Of a stretch of 64,000 bases of DNA, positions 52,435-63,500 are shown one piece after another. A program made the position numbers and the translations under genes. The notes under the pieces are model-generated. The model was not told where the DNA came from, ran no database searches, and saw nothing but the letters and a program-made list of their open reading frames with translations. The stretch covers positions 8,327 to 72,326 of IMG/VR virus record IMGVR_UViG_3300042294_003292; one strand, written 5' to 3'. Origin of the DNA: a virus. Within the stretch, counting starts at the first letter, position 1; every line of letters begins with the position of its first letter.

Positions 52435-53361
52435 TTACTTTGAGCTAATTAGCTTTACCTTTGCACGTGGGAACTTCTTGTTCCACTGCTTTGCAAGACC
52501 ATTGTACTTCTTGCGATTATCTACAGCCTTTGCCTCAGCAGCAGCAAGCTTTGCCTCAAGGTCAGCCACCTTGGCATCTAGCGCTGCTACCTGGCCAGCA
52601 AGGTCTGCAACGGCAACTGTAGAAATAATCTCAGTTACTGGCTTTGCAAGACCTGCGACAGCAGATGCAGTAATGGTGTTTGCAATAACTGTTGAACCTG
52701 CAGTTGCAGGAGCAGTTAGGGTTGCTTCATAGCGCTTGTCAGTTGCATCATATGAGAACGATCCAAGCGTACCACGAATTACCGTAGAGGAAATTGTTGC
52801 ATTTGTTACAGCATTTCCAAATACGTCTGTTACTGTTGCAGTAACTTCAACTGCAGCCCCAAGGTTTGCAACATTTGGCGCAGCTACCGCTAGGTTATAT
52901 GCAGCACCAGCGTTACCCTTAACGTAGTAAACGGTAGTAGCATTGTCTGCAGTTACCGATACTGATCCAGTTAGAGTAGTAGTGGTGTATACATAAACGT
53001 CAGCAGTGGTTCCAGTCCCAGTCGGGATTGTTGCCGAAGCTGTTCCCGCATCTGCCTTAACAGTAGCGGAGCCAGATGTAATTGAAGTAACTACCTTGGC
53101 ATTCGTAGCAGATACTACAACATTGCTTCCAGCAGTTAGGCCAGACAAAGCGATGCGCAAAACATCAGCAGAGTCTACGCTGTTGTCAGCTGGCACTGGG
53201 AGAGCAATAGCAGTTGCAGAGGAAGTACCAGTTGTAGCAGGAGCAGAACCAGCAACAGTTAGTGCTGTGGTTGCTGCATTAGCAGGAACAGCCAAAATAG
53301 CTGTAGCTGCAAGCGCTACTGCAGATGCAATAGCAATAAATGGCTTCTTTAGTGAAGTCAT
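52435..53361 (-). CDS. secreted Ig-like, Ala/Thr-rich protein
   Basis: Signal peptide (PANA), VTDVFGNAV Ig-like motif, C-terminal coiled coil. Confidence 0.75.
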   Translation of the reverse strand: MTSLKKPFIAIASAVALAATAILAVPANAATTALTVAGSAPATTGTSSATAIALPVPADNSVDSADVLRIALSGLTAGSNVVVSATNAKVVTSITSGSATVKADAGTASATIPTGTGTTADVYVYTTTTLTGSVSVTADNATTVYYVKGNAGAAYNLAVAAPNVANLGAAVEVTATVTDVFGNAVTNATISSTVIRGTLGSFSYDATDKRYEATLTAPATAGSTVIANTITASAVAGLAKPVTEIISTVAVADLAGQVAALDAKVADLEAKLAAAEAKAVDNRKKYNGLAKQWNKKFPRAKVKLISSK

Positions 53362-53379
53362 GGTTGTGTTTCTCCTTAT

Positions 53380-55155
53380 CTATATTAAGTCAAACTGACT
53401 CAAATAATCTTCTAGATCTTTATTAGAAGGTTTATATTGTATCACGTTAGACCTATCCTTGTCAATGCTGTCTTTAGGCCTTTCCTTAAAGGTGTGAATC
53501 TCAACCTCTTCGTTAATGTTACGTGGCGTATGAGATATGGCTCCAAATATGGCACCGCAGACGGCATCTGCCAAGTCTTTTGATTTTTTGCGTGGGTGGT
53601 CTACCTTATTATTATTCATAATCTTAAGCTCAATAAGCTCTTCGTAAAGAAGATCAATCATTGGCATTGCCAACCTTTCCTCATAAATTAGCATGGCCAT
53701 GTCTTCATAATGCTTTTTACCAACAGAAACAGTATCAGTTCTCATTCCTACTGATTTTAACTCATTCTGAATATCAAAGGATTGCCAGCGGTCAAATGAG
53801 ACCATCCCAATATTAAATCCAATTCTTCTAAGGTTTTGTATCCATTGCTTAACTTCTGATAAATTAACTGGACCCTCTGCCCTTGGCTCCCACCAGGCTA
53901 CGGCATCGACAACTACGACTGGAGCAATCTGCTGATAGTCTTTAATAATTTGAATGTTGACCCACTTATCTACGTGAGCGATTGCAACAGCACACTTGTC
54001 ATGTTTCTGCGCAAGGTCAGCATGAACATAATAGATTTTGTCTGGGTCTGGCACGAAGGTGTCTTCAAACCTTCTGATAAAGTCTAGTGGGTTTCTAATG
54101 TTCATAGCAGATCGTACCTTTTCTACCTGCTTAAAGAATCTATCAGAAGAGAATGTTGGAACGCATGCAAAGCGTTGCATAGCATCACCCATATCTGTAA
54201 AGAATGCTAGCTTAAAATCATCAATCTTACGAGTAGGGTTGACCTCCCAGGTTGGTCTTTTTAGGGCAAAAACATTTGGATACTTATATGAAGAAATCTG
54301 ATCCTCGTCCCACTCAATAGTCATAGAGTTTCCGTCAGAGTCTGTAGGCAAATCTGGATTTAATATAAAAGTGTGGGTCTTTGTAACAACTTCTTTTTCT
54401 GCAATTACAGCATCATACCTTGCAGAGATAAAGTCTCCAGGGTATCTTGGGAACGATAGAAGCGCTACCTTTCCAAGGTCTGGGAAACGAGAGTCTACTG
54501 ATGCACGGAAGGCTTTATAGATGTTATCCGCTGTTTTACCCTGATCATTGCCAGTTCCAATTTCAGTAGCAAATCCAGAGATCTCGTCAAGTACTGCAAG
54601 AATAAGGTTAAGACCTTCATGTGACTCTCTCTCTGAGTGACCTGAGTATACTGTAATGGATTTATCAAACTCAATGGATTCTGCTTTTGCATAAAACTTT
54701 CCCGCAAACCAGGAAGATTTCTCAATCTTTGTCTTAAAGCCTTTAAAGAATACATTCTTCGCCTGTTGTGCGTTGATCGCAACGTTAATGATATCAATGG
54801 CATCACCACTAGGCTTACCAAAATACCGTGCAGGATCTTTAAGGCAAAGAAGCTTGTACACAATATAGGCACAAGCAACCGTGGATGTGAAGTCTTTTCC
54901 TGAACCCTTGCCCAGCTGGAGAATAACCTCATTCTTTGTATACTTTTTGTAGTATCTTCTTCCATCTTCATCTCCCATTAGCTCAATCAAATCTTCTAAC
55001 TTATAGATTTGACTCATTGCCTCTACAATGTCGTACTGAATTGGCGACAGTGGGGGCTGATTTAAAAAGTTTTCACCCTCGACAAAAGTCTTGGCGTCTA
55101 CAGGACGCTCTTCAAAATTATCAGACTTAAGGGCTTCTAAAAAATCATCAAACAT
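53380..55155 (-). CDS. terL: terminase large subunit
   Basis: GKGSGKD Walker A, VLDE Walker B, HADLA, DHP..SKDLADA nuclease motifs. Confidence 0.92.
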   Translation of the reverse strand: MFDDFLEALKSDNFEERPVDAKTFVEGENFLNQPPLSPIQYDIVEAMSQIYKLEDLIELMGDEDGRRYYKKYTKNEVILQLGKGSGKDFTSTVACAYIVYKLLCLKDPARYFGKPSGDAIDIINVAINAQQAKNVFFKGFKTKIEKSSWFAGKFYAKAESIEFDKSITVYSGHSERESHEGLNLILAVLDEISGFATEIGTGNDQGKTADNIYKAFRASVDSRFPDLGKVALLSFPRYPGDFISARYDAVIAEKEVVTKTHTFILNPDLPTDSDGNSMTIEWDEDQISSYKYPNVFALKRPTWEVNPTRKIDDFKLAFFTDMGDAMQRFACVPTFSSDRFFKQVEKVRSAMNIRNPLDFIRRFEDTFVPDPDKIYYVHADLAQKHDKCAVAIAHVDKWVNIQIIKDYQQIAPVVVVDAVAWWEPRAEGPVNLSEVKQWIQNLRRIGFNIGMVSFDRWQSFDIQNELKSVGMRTDTVSVGKKHYEDMAMLIYEERLAMPMIDLLYEELIELKIMNNNKVDHPRKKSKDLADAVCGAIFGAISHTPRNINEEVEIHTFKERPKDSIDKDRSNVIQYKPSNKDLEDYLSQFDLI

Positions 55156-55684
55156 CGTTATGGACCACGGTGATAACTTCTTGCTGCTTAGACACCGTAG
55201 AAAGCCTTCTCATAATCTCGTCTCGCACCTCTGGGTGCTCTGCAGCAATATCTCTTAGGATGCCCACTAGAATTTCCTGCTTTCTTTCGATTTCCAGCAT
55301 TTCTTCTGCAAGCTCTTTGTTTTCTAGCAGTCCCGCTTTTTGAAGCATATCAATTCTTTTTGACTCAATGTCTAGCACTAGCTTAATTCCAGCGGTCTTT
55401 GATGGGAGATTTGCGGTTGTAGTAGCCTCATCAATAACCTCATAAGCCTTTTGAATTAATTTATTATAATGAGCATCTGCACCAACTAGTGCCTCTTTTG
55501 CCCGTGCACGAATCAACGCATTGTCAGCAGCCATTGCTCTCCACTCATTAATGTGGTTCACAACTTTTTGCCTAGGCAAATTTAATTCTTTAGAAATCTG
55601 AGTTGGCTCATTACCTGCCAGGTACTTCTCGACAACCTTGTTTACTTCATCAAGGTGTGCAATAGTCAAGTCTTCAAACGACAC
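55148..55684 (-). CDS. putative terminase small subunit (HTH)
   Basis: N-terminal HTH, helical; overlaps the terL start. Confidence 0.6.
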   Translation of the reverse strand: MSFEDLTIAHLDEVNKVVEKYLAGNEPTQISKELNLPRQKVVNHINEWRAMAADNALIRARAKEALVGADAHYNKLIQKAYEVIDEATTTANLPSKTAGIKLVLDIESKRIDMLQKAGLLENKELAEEMLEIERKQEILVGILRDIAAEHPEVRDEIMRRLSTVSKQQEVITVVHNDV

Positions 55685-55958
55685 GCTTCCCTCGCTTTCC
55701 CCTAGTAGGAATTCTTTTTATTCGGTCTTCCTTAAAAGACCTAAACACAGAAGAGACTCCATTGATTATCTCAAAGCAGTCTACCCACTGAGATCCAGTT
55801 AAGTTATTTTTGGTAACTCCAATAAACTTAAACTTCGCTCCGTGTTCTCCTTGTACCTTAATTATATCACCAGCGGTGATCTCAAACTTATCAATCTGTA
55901 GGTACGGGGTTGTTTCAAAGTAGGTTGGCTTAACATCTACCCGACTTCTCCTAGGCAT
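55674..55958 (-). CDS. hypothetical SH3-like protein
   Basis: GDIIKVQGE..FKF...WVDC. Confidence 0.65.
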   Translation of the reverse strand: MPRRSRVDVKPTYFETTPYLQIDKFEITAGDIIKVQGEHGAKFKFIGVTKNNLTGSQWVDCFEIINGVSSVFRSFKEDRIKRIPTRGKRGKRVV

Positions 55959-56217
55959 TACGCTCCTTGGCAATCTTTAGAAGAACAAGGTAACCGATTA
56001 GGTCATCAATATCGTTGTCCCCTGGCCAGTCCTGTCCGTTTTTAATCCTAGAAAGCTTGTCGTCAATTCTTACGAGGAGCTGCTCAATTGCATCCGCTTT
56101 TGAAAAAATTCTGGCTGGATTAAGGGCAGAGTCTCCGTATGACTTATTCTTTGCAATCAACAAGTCGGAAACTTGCTTAGAGACTCTCTCAATGTCCTGT
56201 TGTGTTTGTGTCTTCAT
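55951..56217 (-). CDS. nucleotide-modification-associated helical protein
   Basis: KNKSYGDS...RIDDKLSRI...DLIGY. Confidence 0.75.
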   Translation of the reverse strand: MKTQTQQDIERVSKQVSDLLIAKNKSYGDSALNPARIFSKADAIEQLLVRIDDKLSRIKNGQDWPGDNDIDDLIGYLVLLKIAKERNA

Positions 56218-56374
56218 TTGTTGGCCTTACGTCTAGTCTTTTACCGCAATTACGGCAAGTTGTATATGTCAGTCTTGTAAATGGACAAGAGGCTACTCCG
56301 TAATCAGAGTGCTTGCAAAAAAACCTCACGATCGTCCATCTTGAAACTTTAATGAAATGCTTTAAGTACTTCAT
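56189..56374 (-). CDS. small Cys-rich protein
   Basis: CKH...CPFT...CRNC. Confidence 0.6.
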   Translation of the reverse strand: MKYLKHFIKVSRWTIVRFFCKHSDYGVASCPFTRLTYTTCRNCGKRLDVRPTNEDTNTTGH

Positions 56375-56535
56375 CTTTTTGACTTTCTTAAATTAAATTT
56401 AGCCAAGTAAACATAAATTGTTTCCTGACTCGTCCCACACTCCTTGGCTATTTCTAGAGGAGACTTTTTATCAAAGACATACCTCTTTGTTAGCCAGGCT
56501 TTATTGGTATAAAGCTTTGTGCTGCCAGCGCTCAC
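56371..56535 (-). CDS. small HTH protein
   Basis: Manual translation KLYTNKAWL...EIAKECGTSQETIY. Confidence 0.65.
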   Translation of the reverse strand: MSAGSTKLYTNKAWLTKRYVFDKKSPLEIAKECGTSQETIYVYLAKFNLRKSKR

Positions 56536-57107
56536 TTTATTAACTTCTCCCAGTTACTTATTGCATAGTGACCTATACCTATGGCATCGGCTATGTCGTG
56601 GTCAGAAACATTGACTTGATAGTATCTATTAACGAAATTAATAGTCTTTTCTTTTCTTATGTCTCTCTCTTTTGACTTGTACCAAGACTTGCTTTTGCCA
56701 GGGTGTTGCTCAATTATATCTTTCTTTGCTTGGTCTGTCAACCTTCCATTTCCAATAAAGGTTTGCCAAGCAATTGGACCGACAGATCTAAACTCACGGA
56801 TTCCAGCCAGGTGAGCTGATCCCAGTATTGCACCTTGTACTGTTGCAAGTTCTGACATGGTCTTTGGGCTATTTATAAAAACAGTATGTTCTATAACTAG
56901 TGCATCAACCTTGCTTGATTTGATGGCATCCCCACTCTTTTCTGCAGCATATCCTAGCTTTTCATAAAAGTTAGATCCAGAAAAGGATAGCTTGTCAAAA
57001 CTTACTAGCTCTCCGTCTATAAAAATTGCAAAAGCAAAGTTATTGGTGCTGGCGTCAACCGCACAGATAGTTCTAGGAACGTTAATTAGTTTATTAAGAT
57101 TCATCAA
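56532..57107 (-). CDS. RuvC-like Holliday junction resolvase
   Basis: AVDAS, LVIE, DIADAIGI. Confidence 0.85.
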   Translation of the reverse strand: MMNLNKLINVPRTICAVDASTNNFAFAIFIDGELVSFDKLSFSGSNFYEKLGYAAEKSGDAIKSSKVDALVIEHTVFINSPKTMSELATVQGAILGSAHLAGIREFRSVGPIAWQTFIGNGRLTDQAKKDIIEQHPGKSKSWYKSKERDIRKEKTINFVNRYYQVNVSDHDIADAIGIGHYAISNWEKLIK

Positions 57108-57375
57108 AAAGCTCCTTTAAATCTTTAAGAGCTTCATTAACATCTTTAAAGTTGACTACACAAGAAGAGCATAGTGGCCCATCATTATAAGACGACAGCT
57201 TCCTCGTACACTGACGACAACGCCTGTCTTTGTTTCTACGCTTCTTAACTCGTAAGATAGCGTATCTTTCAGCAATCTTTTCTTTTGTCGCAGCTTCTCT
57301 ACATTCTGGGCTGCAGTATATCTGATACGAAACTGTGGCAGAGAATGAGGTATCACACCATTGACAATGCTTCAT
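57094..57375 (-). CDS. zinc-finger protein
   Basis: CQWC..YCSPEC..CRQC..CSSC. Confidence 0.7.
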   Translation of the reverse strand: MKHCQWCDTSFSATVSYQIYCSPECREAATKEKIAERYAILRVKKRRNKDRRCRQCTRKLSSYNDGPLCSSCVVNFKDVNEALKDLKELFDES

Positions 57376-58153
57376 CTATCGGCTCCAGGGACTTAATCTT
57401 TATTAGTCCCTCGCCAGCCGAATCACAAGTCGCCCTAAGAGGACATGTCTTGCAAATCTTTGAGTTAGATCTGTAGTTCTTGCTTGGAAGAGTCTTGCTC
57501 TCCCAGGCTTTTCGAACTTCCTTCATCCAATCAAATGTTTGGTTTACCCACCTAATATAATAATCGCTAATCTCAACAGGTAGAATTAGCAATTCATGAT
57601 TGTTTTTGTTTTCATAAATCAAGACGGCTTTTGTCTTATTTAGAATCTTCATATAAATCAAAAGCTGAACCAAGTGACCAAGCTTGGGCTTGCCAGATGC
57701 TTTTCTATATTCAAAGCCCTCGTTTGGCATAGTCTTGATTTCTCCCAGCAGGTCTTCTCCTGCCCAGTCTAGAATGACATCTCCAAATCCAAAAATTGGA
57801 GGATCATTCCACGTAACCTTAAACTCAGAATCTTTTAGAATGCCAGCATCTTCCATTGCCTGCTGGATTCTTTCGTGAGACTTTGTACCAGAAGTCATGT
57901 TTGCGCCACCATACGGATCTGTATTATCCTCAAAAACAGCACCTTCGAATGCTAAGTACCAGTATCGAGGGCACTCTCCATGAGAGTATGCGATTGTGCT
58001 AGGTGCAAAAGAGTTTTTCTTTTGAAACTTAGACTCACGCTTAACAACATACCCGCTATTTATCTTATCGATAAGTGCCTGAGAGTCAAGAAACGACTTG
58101 CTAAGCTTGTCTTCTGCCTTGAGCATAACTTGCTGCAATAAATTTTTTGCCAT
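57353..58153 (-). CDS. Cas4-like PD-(D/E)XK exonuclease
   Basis: CPR, GT..HE, D...EIK, Q..IY, C-terminal CKTCP...C. Confidence 0.85.
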   Translation of the reverse strand: MAKNLLQQVMLKAEDKLSKSFLDSQALIDKINSGYVVKRESKFQKKNSFAPSTIAYSHGECPRYWYLAFEGAVFEDNTDPYGGANMTSGTKSHERIQQAMEDAGILKDSEFKVTWNDPPIFGFGDVILDWAGEDLLGEIKTMPNEGFEYRKASGKPKLGHLVQLLIYMKILNKTKAVLIYENKNNHELLILPVEISDYYIRWVNQTFDWMKEVRKAWESKTLPSKNYRSNSKICKTCPLRATCDSAGEGLIKIKSLEPIDEALSMV

Positions 58154-58158
58154 AATAA

Positions 58159-58473
58159 CTACTTAACAATATACTTTAGCGCAGATACTAGATCAGTGAT
58201 TGCATCATGTGCAGTAAAGTAAATGTTTTTCTTCTCCCTGTTTCCTTTTTCGACATTAACCATCCAGGTTGCTTTGAAGGCCATCTTGGCAGCAATAGCC
58301 TGAAGCCTTACGATTTCTATAGTAGCAACATTCATAGGGATGTCTGGCTTGACAATTAGTTTTGCAATGGTAACCAAGGCCTGAGTTAGGTCCTCGTCAT
58401 TCATAAAGTCTGCGATCTCAGAAAGACCGTTTACCATCTCAATTGTTGTTTTATCTTTAATAACTTGTTCCAT
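58159..58473 (-). CDS. hypothetical helical protein
   Basis: 104-aa ORF in the recombination cluster. Confidence 0.7.
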   Translation of the reverse strand: MEQVIKDKTTIEMVNGLSEIADFMNDEDLTQALVTIAKLIVKPDIPMNVATIEIVRLQAIAAKMAFKATWMVNVEKGNREKKNIYFTAHDAITDLVSALKYIVK

Positions 58474-58480
58474 AAAAATA

Positions 58481-59089
58481 TTATACCACGCCGTCGGCTT
58501 CTTGAATAGCCTGCTTTTCCTTACTAGTTACCCTTCCATTTGGAACCAACCAAGGAAGCAAAATATCATAAAGGTCTACCAATAGATTTACATCTTGAAT
58601 CTGATATTCCTTCATCTCTTTCCAGGCCTTCTTGTCTCCGTCCATGCACCTTAGCCAGAGGCTAAATCCAGAGTGCTTTACCTTTGCACCAACCTCAAGC
58701 TTTTGAGCAACATAATCTAGTTTATTAGATGGGAATAGAAAGTTCGCCTTGGTTACCGTCATAAGGTCTAAGTCCTTTACAGTAGATGGCGGTGTCATAC
58801 CGTTTTCTAGAAATTCCCGATTAATGTGCTTGTGGTCAAATGCTGCTGAGTTCCAACCAACCAGAACGTCTGCCTCGTCCATAAGCTTGTGTAGGTCTTC
58901 CAGCATGGCCGTCTTGCCATCGTGGTGCACGGACCTAAACATGACCTTCTTTTCTCCTAGCCATCGTGCTCCGAAACAGAGCATCTCGGTGCTTTTAATT
59001 ATCTGATCAATAGAAATATTTTGATCGAACAGACCCCAGGTATATACCTGTAGCGGTGTTGTCTCAATATCTAGAAACAGTGTCTTCAA
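58481..59089 (-). CDS. DEDD 3'-5' exonuclease (RNase H-like)
   Basis: LDIET, WNSAAFD, YQIQDV. Confidence 0.88.
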   Translation of the reverse strand: MKTLFLDIETTPLQVYTWGLFDQNISIDQIIKSTEMLCFGARWLGEKKVMFRSVHHDGKTAMLEDLHKLMDEADVLVGWNSAAFDHKHINREFLENGMTPPSTVKDLDLMTVTKANFLFPSNKLDYVAQKLEVGAKVKHSGFSLWLRCMDGDKKAWKEMKEYQIQDVNLLVDLYDILLPWLVPNGRVTSKEKQAIQEADGVV

Positions 59090-59093
59090 TTTA

Positions 59094-59375
59094 TTATTCT
59101 CCTAATAGTTCTTCTAAGACTGACAGCTCTATAACTGCTAGTCTTGTCTTTTTATTGTCTTCTCCGAGCACTACAAAGATTGCTGGGTCATTTCCATTCT
59201 TAAGGGCATCGGTTGTTGCCTTTGCCCAGTTGTCTTGGTTAATACTAAAGCTTTTTGGATACTCTTTGAAGTCGACAGTAAATCGCTTCCATGTTGCATC
59301 ACCCTTTTTAGTATTTCTTCCAGAGTTCTTGTGCTTTGTAGCACCTATTCTCTTGGACTCAGATCTTTCACTCAT
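59094..59375 (-). CDS. small PD-(D/E)XK nuclease / resolvase
   Basis: SE...NSGR..KGD....VDFKE. Confidence 0.7.
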   Translation of the reverse strand: MSERSESKRIGATKHKNSGRNTKKGDATWKRFTVDFKEYPKSFSINQDNWAKATTDALKNGNDPAIFVVLGEDNKKTRLAVIELSVLEELLGE

Positions 59376-59547
59376 TATTGTTTTTCTTTTTCTTGTTACG
59401 CTTTACATCTAAACTAACACGACTTACGTGTTTATCGGAACACATCCAGGTCAACTCTTTATCGTCAACATAGTGTCTTAGGCTGCTAACTGTAGCATTG
59501 CATACCTGGCACTTAAAGACTCCTCCGTAAACGTTATACTTGCCCAT
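59368..59547 (-). CDS. small zinc-ribbon protein (59 aa)
   Basis: Manual translation CQVC...WMCSDKH. Confidence 0.6.
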   Translation of the reverse strand: MGKYNVYGGVFKCQVCNATVSSLRHYVDDKELTWMCSDKHVSRVSLDVKRNKKKKNNNE

Positions 59548-60553
59548 TAAGTTTTTCTACCAAATCTTTTTGATAATCTTTATTTTCTTTTACGTACTCA
59601 ATAAAGGCATCACGTCCCTGTACCTTGCCACCATCTGGCAACTTGTACCATGCACCAGTTCTTTCAACTAGGCCATTCAACTCTGCAGTGTCAACAAGAT
59701 CCGCTATTGAGTCAATTCCAGTTAAGTCTCCCTTAAAGTAGAAATCATACTCGCCACTATCTCCTGGAGCCGAAGTTTTTGCATACTGAACTTCCCAACG
59801 AACACGTCTACCAACCTTTTGCTCTATAAGCTTGTCTCCAACACGGATCTTGCCCTTGATTGCCTGTGAGTCAGATGGCGATGAGAACAGCTTCACAATT
59901 GTCGATGAGAAGAACTGCGATGCCTGCCCACCAGTTGGAACGGCCTGAGTATACATAGCTCCAATATTATTCCTGGACTGAGAAATCGCAATAACCAAAG
60001 ATGCCTTTTCTCTGTTGTTTGCCCAGTTAATCATTTTCCAGGCATGCTTTAGATCTTGGGCTTCCGCACCAATCTGCTTTACATTTTCAAGACTCTTTAG
60101 CTCTTCCGAGTCTTTTTCGAAATAGACCGCTGGAAGTAACGAACTAATGCTGTCAATTACAATTAGATCAACCCCTGCACCAAGCAATGCAATAGTGACA
60201 TCCACCATATCATTGATGCTTCGTGCCTCGGAATAGATAAGCTGAGAGGTATCGACACCGAGCTTCTCTGCCCACTTTTCGTCATAGGACATTTCGGCAT
60301 CAATCCATGCACAAAGCTTTCCACTCTTTTGTGCTAGGCCAACTGTCTGTAGGCACAGCGACGACTTGGCACTAGACTTGCTTCCCCACAACATAACCTG
60401 TCTGCCATATGGAAACCCTCCACCCAGGGCCTTGTTTAGGCCAACGCTAGGCGTGGGTTGCATCTCAATCTTAATATCGGTAGCTGGCCCCAATCTTTTT
60501 CTTATCTTTGGGTCAAGCATTGATAGCGCTTCATCTATTGTTGTCAAGTACAT
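59534..60553 (-). CDS. recA: RecA-family recombinase
   Basis: ALGGGFP.GR, WIDAE, IVIDSI, GAWY. Confidence 0.92.
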   Translation of the reverse strand: MYLTTIDEALSMLDPKIRKRLGPATDIKIEMQPTPSVGLNKALGGGFPYGRQVMLWGSKSSAKSSLCLQTVGLAQKSGKLCAWIDAEMSYDEKWAEKLGVDTSQLIYSEARSINDMVDVTIALLGAGVDLIVIDSISSLLPAVYFEKDSEELKSLENVKQIGAEAQDLKHAWKMINWANNREKASLVIAISQSRNNIGAMYTQAVPTGGQASQFFSSTIVKLFSSPSDSQAIKGKIRVGDKLIEQKVGRRVRWEVQYAKTSAPGDSGEYDFYFKGDLTGIDSIADLVDTAELNGLVERTGAWYKLPDGGKVQGRDAFIEYVKENKDYQKDLVEKLNGQV

Positions 60554-63500
60554 CCTCCATCATTAATGTTCCATCTTTAGTTTTTTCAAGTGAAAACTTG
60601 TAATAGTTTCCCTCTTTAATCTTCATATACGCCTTTGGAAATGCGGTTGGGAAGACCACAACAGAGTGCAAAGCTCTTGTAGTATCTGCCAAAGTTAGAT
60701 AAGCCATCTTCTTTCCAGTCTTTGTCTCTCTCGGCCTAAAAGCCACAACGTACATCTCAGAATCTGAGTAGGGCAAGTTTTTATAGTTTAAGAATCTTAC
60801 CAGAGCATTCTCCGTGTCTTTTGCATTCTCAATTGGAATTGCAGACATAACACGATTGTCGCTTGCCAGAATGATATAAGTCTTTCCAGCTTCAATCGAT
60901 GTTTGCTCAACATCAAATATTCCAACTAGCCCCGTCTTATCCAGTATCTCAACCCTGGACCAGCCTTTTCCACGCTTAATGTTTTTTACCATTCCCATTA
61001 GGATGAAAGATCCCTTTTCCTCATAATCCTCTGCCTCAGATATAAAGGCATAATAGTGAGCTGGAACTGTGATATTAAACTCTGGAAGGTTTAGGTAGTC
61101 ATACAAATTCTCTCTAATCTCTTCATCATTTCTTGGATTATCCAAAAATGTTGCAGCGCCAATGAGCCTTAAAGACTCAAGCTGTCGACTAGTCACTCCA
61201 TTACCCTTTTGAGAAAAGACTTGCTTTAGGTGATCGTAAGAGGAGAATGGCCTACTTTCAAGAATAACCTTGGCAGCATTATCTGAAATAAACTTAATAC
61301 TAGTTAGACCAAACCTTATGCCCTTGCCCTCAATCTTAAAGTCAGCATCAGAATCATTGACGTGAGGAAGTCTGATTGGAATCCCCATCCTCTTTGCCTC
61401 AATAAGGTAGTCTGTACGAGCATCTTTATCTTTTTCATTCTTAAGAAGAGCAAACATAAACTCTAGTGGGTAGTAATACTTTAGCCATGCAGTCCAGTAA
61501 GACAGAGTTGAATAGGCAACAGCATGAGACTTATTAAAAGAGTACCCTGCGTGTGCTTCAAAGTCGTGCCACAGATCAAGTGCAATGTTCGGGCTAAGGT
61601 ACCTAGACGCTCCCTCTACGAATTTATCTTTAAAGACGTCAAACTCTTTTGCATCTTTCTTCTTACCAATAATCTTTCTAACCTTGTCAGCTTCTGCCAT
61701 AGACATGCCACCCAGTTCAACACATGCCTGCATAACCTGTTCTTGGTACAAAATACACCCATAGGTATCAAGAGTAAACTCTTTCATCTTGGTGTGCTTG
61801 TAGTCTATATTCTGCTTACCATGCTTTCTTAGAATGTAGTCTTTTCCAATTGTATTCATGGCACCTGGTCGAACCAAGGCATTAGATGCAGCCAGCTCAG
61901 AGAAGTTCCTTACGCCCATCTTTACTAGAAGATTCGTGTATGGAGTAGCTTCACATTGAAACACTCCACGGGTATAGCCAGAGGATAGCATTTCGTATAC
62001 CTTTGGATCTTCCATATTGATAGAAAGCAAATCAATATCTTTTGAGTGCCTCTCCTTGATGGTATTAAGAATGTCATTAAGAACACTAAGAGTCTTAAGT
62101 CCAAGTGCGTCAATCTTAATTAGACCGATGCGCTCTGCCTCTTCCATGTCTACCGCCACGACTGGAATTCTTTCTTTGCTTCCTGGAGAAGTTCTAGTTT
62201 CCATTGGAGCATGCCTAAAGATAGGGGTCTTACTGGTTACAACTCCTGCAGCGTGAATTCCTGTTCCACGAATTCTTCCACGGAGCTTTTCTCCATACTT
62301 TTCAATCTCTGGATATTTTTCTCTGAACCAGGCTGCCTGCCTTGATGTGCAGTAGTCATCCCAAGTATCAACAACTTTTAGTACCTTGTTAACATCTGGC
62401 AGTGGAATGTGCAATACTCTAGCAATATCTCTTACGACACCCTTATCTTTGAACTGCAAAAATGTAGCAATAGATGCAACGTGCCTATACTGCTTAACAA
62501 GATACTCCTTGACCTCTTCTCGCCTAGTATCTTGAATATCAGTATCAATATCTGGAAAGTCATTACGTTCTGGATTAATGAATCGGAAAAACAAAAGTCC
62601 ATGTTTAATCGGATCAATGTCCGTAATTTGTAGGGCATAGCATAGCAAGGAACCAGCCGACGAACCTCTACCAGGACCTACTAGAATTCCTTCTTTTTTA
62701 GCCCAGCTAATCATGTTTCTTACAACAAGGAAGTATGGAGCAAACTTCTTTTGTTTAATGACGCTAAGCTCTTCTTCTAGTCTTTCTAAGTATTTTTCTG
62801 ATGTGGTTCCTCTGTACTCCAGCCCCTCTAGAGCGATCTTTCGGAGCTCTTCGTCTGGGTTCTGGTACTGAACTGGCAAAAGATCAAGACCATCCTTGAT
62901 GCCATAGTCTTCAATCTTATTGGCAATCTCAATAGTGTTTAGATAGATGTCTTCTCTATCAATGCCCTGCTTAGCCATCGCAGAGCGAATCTCTTCATCC
63001 GACAAAAGGTGGATATCAAACTTATTAAACGACATCTGTCTATCAGCACCGTACAAGTAGTCAAGCCTATCCATAAGATTATCTAGCTTCTTAGACTTGT
63101 CATACGTCGCTTCTTTTTGAACCTTGTTAGAGTATGTATTTAGAATCAGTTTAAGTTCTTGGATTTCTTTTTGGCCAGTGTGTGAGTGGTGGCAGTCTGG
63201 AGTGACGACGGCCTTAATGGCATACTTGTCTGCAAAGTTTAGCAGCTCCTGGTTTATCTTTGGTGGGTTGTGTGGCATGACCTCGATGTAGAAGTCATCA
63301 CCAAACACCTCCTGGTGCCACTCAACGAGCCTTTTTGCCTCTGCATACTCGTCAGACTCTACGGCCTTAGCCAAGGCACCAGAAAGGCACCCAGAGAGGA
63401 CGATAAGCCCTTCTGAGTACTTTTCTAGCACCTTGTAATCAATTCTTGGCTTCTTAAAGAACCCCTCAGTCCAAGCAATCTCATTTAGCTTGTTTAGATT

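Noticed and set aside
57353-58153. Cas4-like gene as a sign of CRISPR-Cas
   Set aside because: No repeat-spacer array or other cas genes seen; solo Cas4-like nucleases are common in phage recombination clusters
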